A DNA stretch of 64,000 nucleotides from Marsupella aquatica (Eukaryota > Plantae > Marchantiophyta): assembly GCA_973895155.1 (NCBI GenBank), contig OZ316898.1:1180751-1244750 (forward strand), in the 5' to 3' direction. The translations under genes and the position numbers were made by a program. Numbering within the stretch: position 1 is the first letter of the stretch; each line of letters opens with the position of its first letter. Below, in pieces: positions 36,501 to 48,519 of the stretch. The notes beneath the pieces are model-generated. The model worked only from the letters and a program-made list of their open reading frames with translations. It made no database searches and had not been told where the DNA came from.

Positions 36501-37787
36501 GGTCTCACTTACTTCACGCTTGAAGTACTCACATTGGTGCCTGCAAGTTCAGCTTATGATGCAAGGAATCTGATGAGTTCATTGTATTTTTATCAGACTG
36601 AATGAGTAGGTACTATTTTATCAGGAAGTTGAAGAACGTCGGTTGACTACTAGGACGAGGCTGATCAATTTCCATGCAATGTCCTTTTAGGCTGGATCCC
36701 GACGGACTTGCTTATTATTTCTTTCTTTGAGCTTCTCGTTATCAGATGGAACTAACAACGAAGTCATGCAAGTTAAATATTGTACATCAGAGGTTGTTGA
36801 GAATCCAACGCCACTCCCCCTTACATTCACACGGACAGATGAAACTGAACTTAACGGGCGGATGGACTGGAACCAATCCAAGTTTATACAATTTAAAGAT
36901 CTTGCGTCTAGCATTCTTATCGGGATTCTCATTCGCACAGATTTACTACGTACGCCGAACGTTGATCCCAACTAATGATGATCGACAGTACGTGGAATTA
37001 CTTGAAGTAGCATTCTCACGATCGAAATTAGTAAAGAGCTACTGTACAGGTCGCGCAGAAAACGATTGATGATAGTCGAGTTGCTTGAAGTAGCATTCTC
37101 ACGATCGAAATTAGTAAAGAGCTACTGTACAGGTCGCGCAGAAAACGATTGATGATAGTCAAGTTGCTTGAAGTAGAATTGCCACGATCGAAATTAGTAA
37201 AGAGCTACTGTACAGGTCGCGCAGAAAACGATTGATGATAGTCGAGTTGCTTGAAGTAGCAGTCTCACGATCGAAATTAGTAAAGAGCTACTGTACAGGT
37301 CGCGCAGAAAACGATTGATGACAGTCGAGTCTTTTTCGTTCATCGATCACAACGAAGATACCAGCTAGAATGTGGGTAACTTGGGAGAAATGCATATCAG
37401 TAATTAATACCTTGGCCCAGGGCTTGGCTCCATCCAACTGAGTTCTAAAATGCAAGGCTCTGTTGTACGTGCATCTATCACCTGTTCACTTATTCCTGTA
37501 ATAGGAGATGCTGGGACATCAAAATTTAATTCTTTTACCCTCTGTTGGGGAACATTTGAGTAGACTCAAAGCAACTGACAATATATATCCACCTTTAATT
37601 CCGAGTAAATATGTAGATGATTGGGGCCCCCAATCAATCGTTTAGCTATGAGGGGCTACGACATATCGAGTAAGTAAGGTCTTACCAAAAAATGACGGTC
37701 CCCGATAGACGTCACAGCAATATTGGGAGTAGCACTCCACAGGCTTATAACCAAAAGCAGTCCCACAAAATCTCTCTTTGAAACCAT
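33567..37787 (-). CDS. Neprosin-family secreted glutamic peptidase, copy 2; exons 37686-37787, 36270-36344, 35880-36098, 35514-35675, 35020-35073, 34272-34418, 33567-33974 (~388 aa)
   Basis: Same exon structure and motifs as copy 1 (MVSKRDFVGLLLVISLWSA..., NTIEVGNQ, WYGEI, TQMGSGHF); open frame after splicing. Confidence 0.9.
36998..37329. repeat. 83-bp tandem repeat x4 in intron 1 of neprosin copy 2
   Basis: cttgaagtag recurs at 37001, 37084, 37167 and 37250 in near-identical units; a single degenerate unit in copy 1 (~30730-30810). Confidence 0.95.
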
Positions 37788-39049
37788 TGCGTCCGTCTGG
37801 AAGGTCGTCAATCCAGTACCCATTACTGATCAATTAGGGAAATGAAGAAGTGTATCTCGAGCTAGTATGTACTAGGACAACTTGTGCACCCAGCGGAGCG
37901 GACAGGCACGTTCTGAAATGCAGTCAATTGAGTACTAATTCTTACCGCGCGGTCAGTTCAATGGAGAGGATACATGAATCTGGTAGGACGGCTTCTCATT
38001 CTCGAGGCTTTGTAGCTGTGGCTTGTCAATGTCATCACCAGCCTTGTTAATCCCAGATTTTTATCATTGAGTAAAACTTGCTTCATCTGGCGTATACTTC
38101 TAAAGTATGCGACTGCAAGGAAAGTCAAATGACTCGTGGATTCGTATTTGAGTGTTATCTACGCCTCGATTGGTTAAAATACACTCGATACTCAAATTGA
38201 CGAGGCCGTTCTCCGGGCTCCCCGTCCAGCTCTCGTTTTCAGTGGTTGACTTTTGTTCCCATTTCGATCTCTAGGGATATAGTAAATAAACTCACGTGCT
38301 ATGGATATATATAGTGAATAAAGTTTTTCTGAAAGAACATGAGAATTTTTATTCTTGTAAGAATATGAAAGTATATTCAAATTTTTGGAATCTTCTAACA
38401 ATATTTTCACTTTATAAGGGTAAATAAATTTCTAAAAATCTTACGTTTTAGTGCATCTAAAGCTGTAATAGAGGGCCTCTATACTGTGAGAGCCCCAAAA
38501 GATCGATATTTTTTTCTGCCCAACCTTTTCACACGAGGTGCCCTCATGTCTGAGTAGCCTTTCTCAGGCTCCCCTGCTGACTCGCTCTCACTCCAACTCT
38601 TGCTCTAGCTCTGACCTCAACAATTGCCCCAAGTCTCCCTCGAGCTCTCCCTGCCCGCTGTGCTTATTATCCCCTATTTTCAACTTGCAATCATCCGCAA
38701 CATTCAACAACCCTGGATTTCATGCAACTTAATTACAGGATCTTCACAAGGACACACTGTCTTTCTATAATGACACACTACCTTCCAGAAAGACACAATT
38801 TTACTTACAGCCCAACAACTCTTCCGCAATGACAATTACCAAGCGACAATTACAACATGGTAATGCAAGGGCATTGGGCTACCAAGCATAATCGTCTCAA
38901 CACTCATGAAAGCAAACATCTGCAAGACAGAAGAGCAGCTGCAAAGAATTCATCTTTCTCCACCACAGGAGATCGATATACCTCAATCCTTCATGTAGAA
39001 CTGGAGAAATATGGTGATGAAAATCCAGCCTCATGATTGTGTGACTAGT

Positions 39050-39200
39050 GATAGTGTCTAGCCCGACTGTCAGGTCTCTGTTCTGGGAACTGGAGGTCCC
39101 AGGTTTAAACCTTGCCAGATACAAGGCTGGTAGGTTTATCAAATAGAATAATTATTCTGACAGACTCTCCCATTCCGAAAATGTACAAGTAAACAAAAAC
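39050..39200 (+). mobile_element. Degenerate remnant related to the SINE at 26764
   Basis: tgggaactggaggtcccaggtttaaacc versus tggaactgagaggtcccaggttcaatcc; similar ctcccattccg...A-rich tail. Confidence 0.45.
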
Positions 39201-39602
39201 TTAAATCCAAAATGAGGGGGTGATTCAAAACTTGTGAAAGGTAAATTAAAATAAATTTAAGTGGGTGGCTCGTTATTTCAAATGGGACACTCAGAAACGA
39301 AGAGCAATCCCTCATAAAGTAAATAGAAAACTCAACTGTGACTAAAGAACCATCATGGGCAGGTCAGATGGATTGGCTTTATTGCAGCGTCCGAGAGCAG
39401 TGTCACAATTTACAGGTCTTGGAAATGGGCCAGCAAGGAAATGGGTACGTTAAGATGTGTTCGAGACAAAAAACAATGGGTTTAGCGAGTTGTTGATAAG
39501 CAAGAAGGAGCACTGCAAGTTACTGAAGCCGCAAGGAAGTGGGTTGAGAACTCTTCGAGACAAAACGGAAGGGAGCAAATTGAATTCCTCCATCTCTAAC
39601 AT

Positions 39603-39984
39603 CAGTTGTCACTGACGCATTCCGGCAGGAGGTAGGACATTTGGGTATCGAGGCCACGCTCATCGAACCGGGCACATTCCGCTCTAATTTGGCCAACAAC
39701 CGGCAAACTGCGGCGAAGAAGATCGAGGACTTCCATCCCATCGAGTGGCGAAAATGGTCTCTGCCATGCTTCGTAAGCAACCCGGCGACCCTGCGAAGGG
39801 GGCACAGGTGCTCGTTGAAGTTTTGACGAAGAGTGGTGGCTGCGAGGGTCGGACCCTGCCGTTGTGGAGCGATTCGGTACCCAGGATTAAAGCAGTTTCG
39901 GAGAGGGAGACGAGGTCGCTTGGGGGATAGGCGGACGTCATCAGTACAACGGATCACGACGATGTCGGTCAGTCTAAATCATAA
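39603..39984 (+). pseudogene. 3' half of an SDR paralogue (frameshifts, stop, no 5' half)
   Basis: RQEVGHLGIEATLIEPGTFR, KQPGDPAKGAQ, TDHDDV. Downstream sequence is homologous to the 3' flank of the SDR at 63883. Confidence 0.9.
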
Positions 39985-40553
39985 GACAAGGAAGGTTTCT
40001 GTTGCACAGGGCGTTTGCTCTTTGAATGTTTCCTGAAACTTCTCTCGTTGTGAGACTCGAGTCAAATCAGAGCCACCTGTCTACGCAAACATCTAACGAA
40101 GATCATAGACCATTTCACAATAGAACTCTAGCTGAGATTACTTGTACTTGTCAGTGTTCTCTCTTCTCCACGTTCAGGAAACGGGGAACTACACCTTGAC
40201 GCTTTATTGAAGACATGCAGAACCTTGTGATTCGCACGGACCATTTTCAGATTGGTTCGATAAAATAGATCGTTTATATATTTAACATCAATTGACTCTG
40301 TCTAGGCATCATCATCATGTCAGACACTTGTTCGGCTAAATCAGTCATTCAAACCATGTCTTCAGATGGCCACTATGAGCATGTCGGAATTTTTTAGATG
40401 GACCACTCCAATATTTACAAAGTGCTGTAAAGGGGAATGTGTAGAATTTGCCACTCAAAAGCCGCTGTCTTCTGGCTACCCAAAAACAACCAGGCATACA
40501 GGCCAGGGACGACTCCCCCCTTGGCACCAATCTATGATGGTCTGGTGTGCTAG

Positions 40554-41571
40554 TTATGAACTAGGAGAGGGGGCGGGACCATTCCAGCCGCCCAAGAGTG
40601 TTCGATTAGAAGTTGTAGTATTTGCCCATGAGATCTGGCTGTCTTCTACTATCCAGACACAATTAGGCATACAGAAGAGATCTGAATCTGGGCACCAACT
40701 GAAGAAGCCTTGCCAAAACTGCCCTGAAGGAGTATCTTTTGTAAGCCTGCAGCATCCAGGAGTCAGAGTCCGATCAGTATATGTAACAAATAAAGGAATA
40801 ATCATGCATGTATATCAGCCACTAATATAATTATGCTTTATTAAAAGAAAATCACAGTATGCTTGATTGGGACCGTCACGAGGATAGAAATCTCCCAATA
40901 AATCTCTTCGATCCCTCCACAGGAATTAATGACAAGCATTTTTTTCGATATCTTTATCTGCCTAATCTTCACACGATCTAGCCTCCTTTGCAAGATCCTT
41001 GAAACAATCACTTGAACAACGTACATCCAAATTAAGAAAACTTTCAGACTCCCAAACTACCTTACCACTGTAATGTCCTGGATGATGATTAGCAATGTTT
41101 AGCTCTCACGTGAATCTATCAGCTTGATTGCAGCTTGAGCAATCAGTTCCAATTACGACCATGTATGCATGATAGAACGCAATTAAACTAGGCAGTAGAA
41201 ACCCTTGCTAGCTTAATAGTAACTTTGTGAAAAACAGAAGGCTCAAACGGATAATACATTCAATGAGTTGTCAGTATACATAGAGGACATTCAATCAACG
41301 TACCCAACCAGACTAGATTGTATAAAGTTCAGAAGACTCACTCAGTTTCAACACATTCCGTGTCTTCCGAAATTATGTCGAAGCGGAGAAGTTGGCCCTT
41401 TGCTAGCACACCTACGTTCGTTAGCTCACTACCGTCCGTAAAACCCATGTCGTTCGAAAATGTCACATTCTCGCTGGCCAAATTGTAGAAAGTCAGTGTT
41501 CCAAGTGACGATACAGGCCCTAACCCAGCAAACATTAATGCCAGGACCAGGATGCAGCACATAGGTGCCAT
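40554..41571 (-). CDS. Small secreted protein, SPH/self-incompatibility S1-like; exons 41342-41571 and 40554-40746 (~140 aa)
   Basis: Hydrophobic signal peptide; GTGAGT donor and TGCAG acceptor join in frame; C...C.W.V and terminal W pattern; TATA box upstream. Family call tentative. Confidence 0.7.
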
Positions 41572-41723
41572 TGCCACTTTTGACTTTATGTGCTGAAGAA
41601 ATTACAGAGGCTGACTATTCAGCTCTAACAAGCCAAGAAGCAATAGGAGAGCATAGAGAAAACGCGGATAGATCGAATAGTAAGCAGAAAAATAAAGAAC
41701 TGGAAGGTCAGACCACAACAGCC

Positions 41724-41731
41724 TTTTATAG
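41724..41731 (-). promoter_or_regulatory. Putative TATA box of the small secreted protein gene
   Basis: CTATAAAA about 155 nt upstream of the ATG. Confidence 0.5.
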
Positions 41732-43759
41732 TGAACCATAGTTTACATAACTGTCCACAGGCTGTCACTAGATGGTAACTACTAAGTGGGGAAACCTAAC
41801 TCCTTTCCAGGCTTGGTAGCCAGAGATCTATCACTTGGGAGTTTTATATAGGTCTACGAGCCCTATGCCAGTGTGGCACTGTGCAAGGAGGGCCGGCCCA
41901 TAGGGAGTTAGGTCAGGGCATTTATGGGGCAACGGGAAGCATGTGTCAGGGGTGCACATTTTTTCTATCAATGGTCAGGGACAACAGCTAATCAAATCCA
42001 ACAGTTGTGACAATAGCTAATCAAATCCAACGGTTGTGGATCTTTCCTGCCCATGAGCTTTTTTGTATTGGGACGAAGGACGAAAAAATATGGGATCCCT
42101 TATTATAGTTGTAGATTGAAGCGGGGATTGAAGTGATCTGGACAACAGTCTGTAAGGCAAAAACCAAAACCATTCATACACGCGACTCAATTTTGGATGG
42201 TTGGGATTGCATCAGATCGAGCCTCTGTCAGGAATCCAGCCGTGGCCTGCGCCTACACCTCATATGTAGTCAAACTGATTGGAGCCATATGCCTGGGCCA
42301 CATGGATCGATGGCTAATCTTGTCTACTACCACATCCGTGTATGTTGTCAGAGAGAGAGATCGATAGAAACTTGTGTCCATACACATAGTATCACACCCT
42401 GATATAACTCAGGACCGATTGTTACTGACGACATAGCATTCCGAAATCCACAATTTACTCTTCAGTTGCGCGCATCACCCATACTTATACTCATATCCAT
42501 ACACATATCATATAGATGGTAATAGCATACTCATAATTTCTTATATGCCGATCGCTGTTCAATTTAATAAATGTACACTATTAGATGTTAATCCATAGAA
42601 TCATCACTCACAGATATCATAAACATCGACATTCACCATACCCGTAAATCACTGGATCATTCGTAGCTTCTCATTATCATTAAGAGTAAATCCAGTGTAT
42701 CCATTTACACATGCGATTTTTCGATGAGTGACGGCTTACTCCAATGTCTAGTCAGAGACATTGAGCATGGGCCATACTCTGTCCCTAGGGATCACGTGAC
42801 TGAAGTGATCCACATCCCCTGTGCCTTCATTCAGCCCCCGTCACAGGGTAGAAATAATGTGGTAAAAACAAAATCTCATGATTGTCCCATGTTTCTGTAG
42901 CATTGTCCGAACGGCTACGGGGAGACATGGGCTAGGGATAGATTAGTCACTTCATCCTAAGCATCTATTTTACTGGAGCGATGACAGTATGAGCAACGTC
43001 ATAGGTCAGAAAGCATTAGATATGAACATTTTCCCATACGTATTCGTACCTGTTTATTTTTATCACCCATTGGATTCTACTGAATCCTGCACAGTCGACA
43101 CCTTTCCTCCTTCACGATCTGTGAACAGGTTGTCCCCATGAGCTGCAGCAGGTTGGAGATGATCCTTGCCAGAACTGGCACGAGCTTGCTACAGTGTTTT
43201 ATGCAACATCACAGACCTCAGTGTGTGGTGTTTTTGCATAGCTTAGAATGTAATTCAAGAGACACTGGGCACAAACAACCGACTCAAGAAATGGCAGTGC
43301 CGTTGCTTTGGCGGCGTTTTTAGGGTATTTTCCAGGGCCAAACGTGGGCGCCTAGGTTTGTTGGGTCTACTCCGATAGTCCAGGTTTATGTAAACCAATA
43401 TTGATGTATTAGGATTGAAGTGTTATGGGGGTCATGTCCTCCCATATGACAAAGTCCAGACTTACATCCACATCCCATTTAGTTTCCAAGGGTTGTCACC
43501 ATTTGTCTTCCATGTTCCTCTCAAGATACATAGAGAGAGAGAGAGAGAGACTGATCCACTTCCTCTGCACTACAGCCTCAGGCTACCTTGGGACCACTAT
43601 TTGCAGAAATTCAGTAGACTCAAATGCTGGCATAATTATTTAGCTGGTGCCATTGCTAGTCAATTTCCTTCCTGTCATTGGTGAGTATTTGCTTCAACTA
43701 CGTACCTGGTCCAGGCTAGGGAAGGAGACATGGTTAGGGCGGAGACACACTTGCTTAAA

Positions 43760-44257
43760 AGTCGCGGAACTCGACTACCTTAACGCTTAGCTCCGGCGTC
43801 ACTGACTCCGATGCCAAGCTCCCTTATGGTCCAGGCCCGGATAGGCCATCCGGGGAGGATTTAGCATGGGGAGCCTTGTGGGCAATGAGACGTGGCACTA
43901 GCGAGGCAAGGAGCCAAGTTGGGGACACACACTAAGGACTTGGACTAGCGGATAGCTGGTCGGGTCAAGGGGAAACGGGCCGGGCTCAAGGATGGCCGTC
44001 CGGACCTCCGGATGGACTTTGAGTTCTGAGGGCTTGAGTGCGAACTCCTCTTGGGCCCAAGGCAAATGGTGTTGATGCCACGGGCAACGGATGCTTGGGG
44101 CGCAAGTTATGGCCCGAGCCGGGTTGGGCCGGTCGGGGGCCCCGAGCGGCGATGAGACCTGAGGGCCTAGGCATGAGCACTAGGTCGGCCCAATCACAAC
44201 GGGCTAAGGCACGTCGCTTGTGGATGCCTAACGAGAATGTTATGGGCGTTGCCAGTT
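43760..44257. repeat. Dispersed repeat (LTR-like), inverted homologue of 61640-62135, cut by the CACTA
   Basis: Colinear similarity by eye, e.g. taccttaac.cttagct.cggcgtc.ctgactcc.atgccaagctcc and ctgagggcctagg.atgagcactaggtcgg. Confidence 0.8.
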
Positions 44258-45024
44258 CACTACAACACAATGACCCTCTTTTGCGAAACACCCTCCCTCG
44301 CATGCAACAAAGGAAACAATATCGGCCAACTCCTTGTTGCGAAACTCCGCGCATCTCAACATCTTCGCTCTTTTCCATGCCCACACCATCGCAACCGGAC
44401 CTTCGCAAGAGCTTCGCACTTTGCAACTCTTTTAACATTGCACAATTGCAATGCCATACCTACCGCAATATTTGCGAATCGGGAACTATGGGCGCGTTTG
44501 CGATTCGCTGAGAAACGCTAACGTAGCGATGCTAAAATCATCGCCAGATTGCGATTTAGGACACATCGATAGATTGCGAGCCATTCTTTCTCTCAATACT
44601 GCAATACATTTATATTCGCTACATTTGCAAAATTGAACACATCTCAAACTTGCGGAAATCGTGTGTTCGCATATTTGCGATGCAAAAAATGTCGCAAAAT
44701 TTGCGAGGATGAGCGTTTAGAACGTTTTGCGATGGTTTTGTCTTGGCTATTTGAGATGACAGCTGGTTCTCAAGGGTTTTGCAAAAGGTATTTTTGAAGT
44801 ATTAGGGTATAATAGGGTTTAGTGGTTTAGGGAGACAACTCATATAGTTGAAGGAGGGAGAAAAGGGATGTAGGTAGACCGGAATGCCGCAATTAAAATG
44901 GCATTACTCAAAAAGTACAAAAGTTACAAAATGGAAGGGTAAGAACCCTTAGCTAAAAGTTGCATGTCCATGCTAATCCCCCTATACATGTGAACTACCT
45001 AAGTCTCTAGGGTAATCTAGGCAC

Positions 45025-47151
45025 CTATCTAGATAGAGCTAGAAAGGAGAGTTCCTGCCCCTCCTTGACTTCTTCCCCTTGGCCTTCTCCTTGCCCTTGC
45101 GTGCTCTTGGGGGGGGGGACCGGGGCCTCCTCCTCCTCTTGGTCTCCCTCCTCATCCTCATCCTCATCCCCATCACCGCCACCATCACCATCACCATCCC
45201 CATCCACACTACCACTCGCAGCACCAGTGGAGTGTGCTGATGCAAATGACTGCTCTCCAATGCTAGTTGGCCTGACTCGACTAGCAGGAGCAGTACTCCC
45301 CTCCCTTGTCCCCTCCTCATCCTCATCGCTACTATCACCCTCGGTATGGGAGTCACCATCATCATCCGGTCTCTGTTACATTAGCAAACCAGCCATGCAT
45401 TAGTCATATAGAACCTTACAATTAAGTGAATGACATCCATAAGAGGGAATTTTTCATAAATGCAATCAACACATTAACCTGAAAATTAACGCTCACCAAT
45501 AATTGATCAACTTGCCGAAAGAGATGCTCCTTCCCATGTTTCTGGCCCACCTCCATCTCAGCCGCTGTGATCTTCCTCTTGTACCTCTTGTACTAACCAA
45601 AATAAAAACCGGCACAATTGGTCAAAACCAAGCAATAACGGCAAGCCAAAATGCCTTAAAACAATTAGAGGGGTTAATTAGGTGCTGGTGGGGTTGGGGC
45701 TTAGGTTGGGGGTGGTTTTACAAGGGTGGCATGGGGGCTTACGACCCCCAAACAACACTTGAACATTTTGAAATATTCAAAATTTCAAATTTTTTGAATT
45801 TGCAAAGTCTCCAGCTTCGCAAACATAAGGGAAAACTAGGTTGCGAAATTGATTGAGATGCGCGTGGCTTTGCAAGGGCATTGCAAATTTATTTCCAAAA
45901 AAGTGAATCAAGGTTTGCGAAGCAGTTGCGAAGCGACGCGCATCGCGAATGCTTTGCAAACTCTGTTATGACGAAAAGTTGAAAGGGAAAAAAATATTTG
46001 TGACCTAATCTGACACAACAACTCCAATTGGAAGTACTTGGTGCCACAGCAAAAAAGAGTTGGGGCATTGCAGGTGTGTTGGAATAGAAATTGGAGGAGT
46101 AAGAAGTCAAGAGAGGAGAGGGCGGTGCACTCACAAATGCTGCTTTGAGGCCGGGGAGGCCACCTTGACCAAGCCTGTGGGTGATGTTGGGCTTTTCTCG
46201 GACTCTCTCAGCTGCCTTCAAGAACTTGTTGGGCGGATCTCCCACCTCTGCTACAACCTGCTGCAGCTGGGCCACCTTCTGCTCCATCATCTTCAGGTCA
46301 CGGTCAAACATCCCGGCCTCCTTTGCCTTCCGGGCCTTTGTCAACTTCTCTGTAAATTCATTCAGGACCCTGGCTGCTTTCAACTTCACCTCTGTGACGT
46401 AGAAGGCCTGCCAGATATCTTTTGAGAACTGCAGCGGCCTCCCCAAATTCCTGTACTCCTCCAGATCTCTCAGGTGAGCCCTGATCTTCATCCTGTCATG
46501 GTATCGTGCTTGTGACATGGAATTTGAGATTTTATCAGCAAGCCATTGTGAATCCATCTCTCCTCCATTTCGGAATGCATCTTTCACCTGATTGATCACT
46601 CGCTTCTGCTCTGCCTTGGAGAGAGTGCCCCACTCGACTCCTCTTGCAAAGTTTGTGGACACAATTATGTGTCTGATTGTGCTCTTGGCCCCATTGTAAG
46701 CAAGCTCTATGGGAATTCCCTCATCCTCTAATGTAATCAGAGGCAGCTTCCTCCTTGCCTCCTCCTCCTTTTTCTGCTCCTCCCTCTGTTTCCTGATCAA
46801 GTCTCTCTCATCTTTCCTCCTCTTCTTTTCCAAGGCTTGAGGGGAGAGTACTCCAGCCTGAGCTCTCTCATCCCTCTTTCGCTTCTTCTCAACGGCCTTC
46901 TACTTGGCTGTCCTCCTTTCTTCCTCCTCTCTTGCTGCTTTCCCTGCACTAACACCAGATTGCAAGGCCTGGCCCAATAATGCACTCAACAATGCAAGCC
47001 CTGCTGGAGAGGTGAAATCAATCTTACTCAACTGCGCAACCGAGAAATGGTCATCCACAATCTTCTGAAGTCGATCGTCCTCCTCTAAGTGGTTGCCTCC
47101 GCTGCTGGCAGAAGCTCCTCCATCACCTCCAGTTCCCCCTCCGCTTGCCAT
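45025..47151 (-). pseudogene. TnpA/Ptta-like accessory gene of the CACTA; exons 46135-47151, 45497-45592, ~45030-45372
   Basis: Phase-0 GT-AG introns, coiled-coil region, RPLQFSKDIWQAF and THRLGQGG motifs reminiscent of Ptta/En/Spm proteins, acidic then basic tail. One in-frame TAG at 46900. Confidence 0.65.
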
Positions 47152-47479
47152 CGCTCCTCCCTTGCCTGCGCTGCTCTCTCCCAAGGCCCAAAAGAAATGG
47201 ATCCACCTCATCCGCGCTCGGCAAATGATAAGGACAGTAGAGTTAGGGTTTGTGAAGTCATTCGCATCGCAGTTTGCGATGGTTCTACCTTCTCAACCAG
47301 CTTCGCAAACGGTATCTTTGCAAAGAATACGGCTTTGCAAACGTGTTCGCTATTGGGTTTGCGAAGACCCCCATCTCGCATGTGTATTTTCTGTGAGCAG
47401 GGATACTAAGAGGGGTCATAAACATTAAATTTGGTACAAGTAATTCATTGCATGTGATCATATAAGGGTTGGGGGGTTT

Positions 47480-47880
47480 AAAAGTGCTGACATTGGAGGG
47501 TAAGAGGAGGGGTCTTATGTTACGGCTTTTGGGTTTGGCCTGGTTGGGGGGGAGTGTTATTTCAGAAGGTTGGGGTTATATTGAAAGGAAAGAGACGGGG
47601 ATTTATATTTTGGCTTTTGGGTTTTGCCTGGTTGGGAGGGTTTTTATTTTATGAAGGTTGGGGTTATGTGTATTGGAGGGTAAATGGAGGGATTTTATGT
47701 TTGACGTTTGGTTTGGTTGGGGGAGGGTTTATTTTATGAAGGTACGTTGGGCTTAGATTGGAGGGTAATAATATGAGGTGTTTTATGTTTTGGGTTTGGC
47801 CAGGGGGATTTCATTTTATGAATGTTTGGCTTATATGTATTGGAATAAGAGGAGGTGTTTATGTTTTGGCTTTTGGGGTT
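47480..47880. repeat. G/T-rich degenerate tandem repeat (~85-90 bp x 4-5) between the divergent CACTA genes
   Basis: gaaggttggggttat...ttggagggtaa...ttttgggtttgg recurs near 47565, 47653, 47738 and 47820. Confidence 0.75.
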
Positions 47881-48519
47881 TAGGCCAACTTAGGAGGGAA
47901 AGACAGGTTCTATTTTCATGGACACTTGGGTTAATTTTATGGTAACTTATGAGGGCAAGTTCTAAGAGGTTTTTATGCTAACAATTGAGGGGAAAACCCA
48001 TGTAATCATGATAGAGCCCAGGGACATCACTACTTCCTCAACTTTTGTCTAATGCATATGCATTGTGGGAACCCGGGCATCTAAAAGGTATAACATGTAT
48101 GTAGTGTTGTTAGTGGAGATTTTTCATAAACCTTGCCATTTTTTGTTTTGCAAGAATATATATGTGTAACTTATGTTTGGGGTTCCACAATTTGAGAGAT
48201 GCTAATGACTATCCAAAACTTAAATTTTGTTTCCAGTATTTTCCTCCTACTTCTAGATTTGGCTCATGTTCATTGAGCCACACGACCTATAGGCACTGTT
48301 GAGCCCGGGTCTCATTCAGGTAATTCACTAACCTAATTCAGGGCCTAGACCATTACAATTTTCCCAAGGGTGACAATGTGATATTTTTGTGCATGACACT
48401 CTCCTTTGGGTTTCATGCTAAACAAAAATGGGTTTTTGTAGTTTAGTTTTAGGATATTTTTTGGCCGAGAGGGATTCTAATCATGCCCTACATGCAATGT
48501 AATATATGTGGCAGTGGAT

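Noticed and set aside
36998-37329. CRISPR-like array
   Set aside because: Units are contiguous near-identical 83-mers with no unique spacers, inside a eukaryotic intron, with no cas genes.
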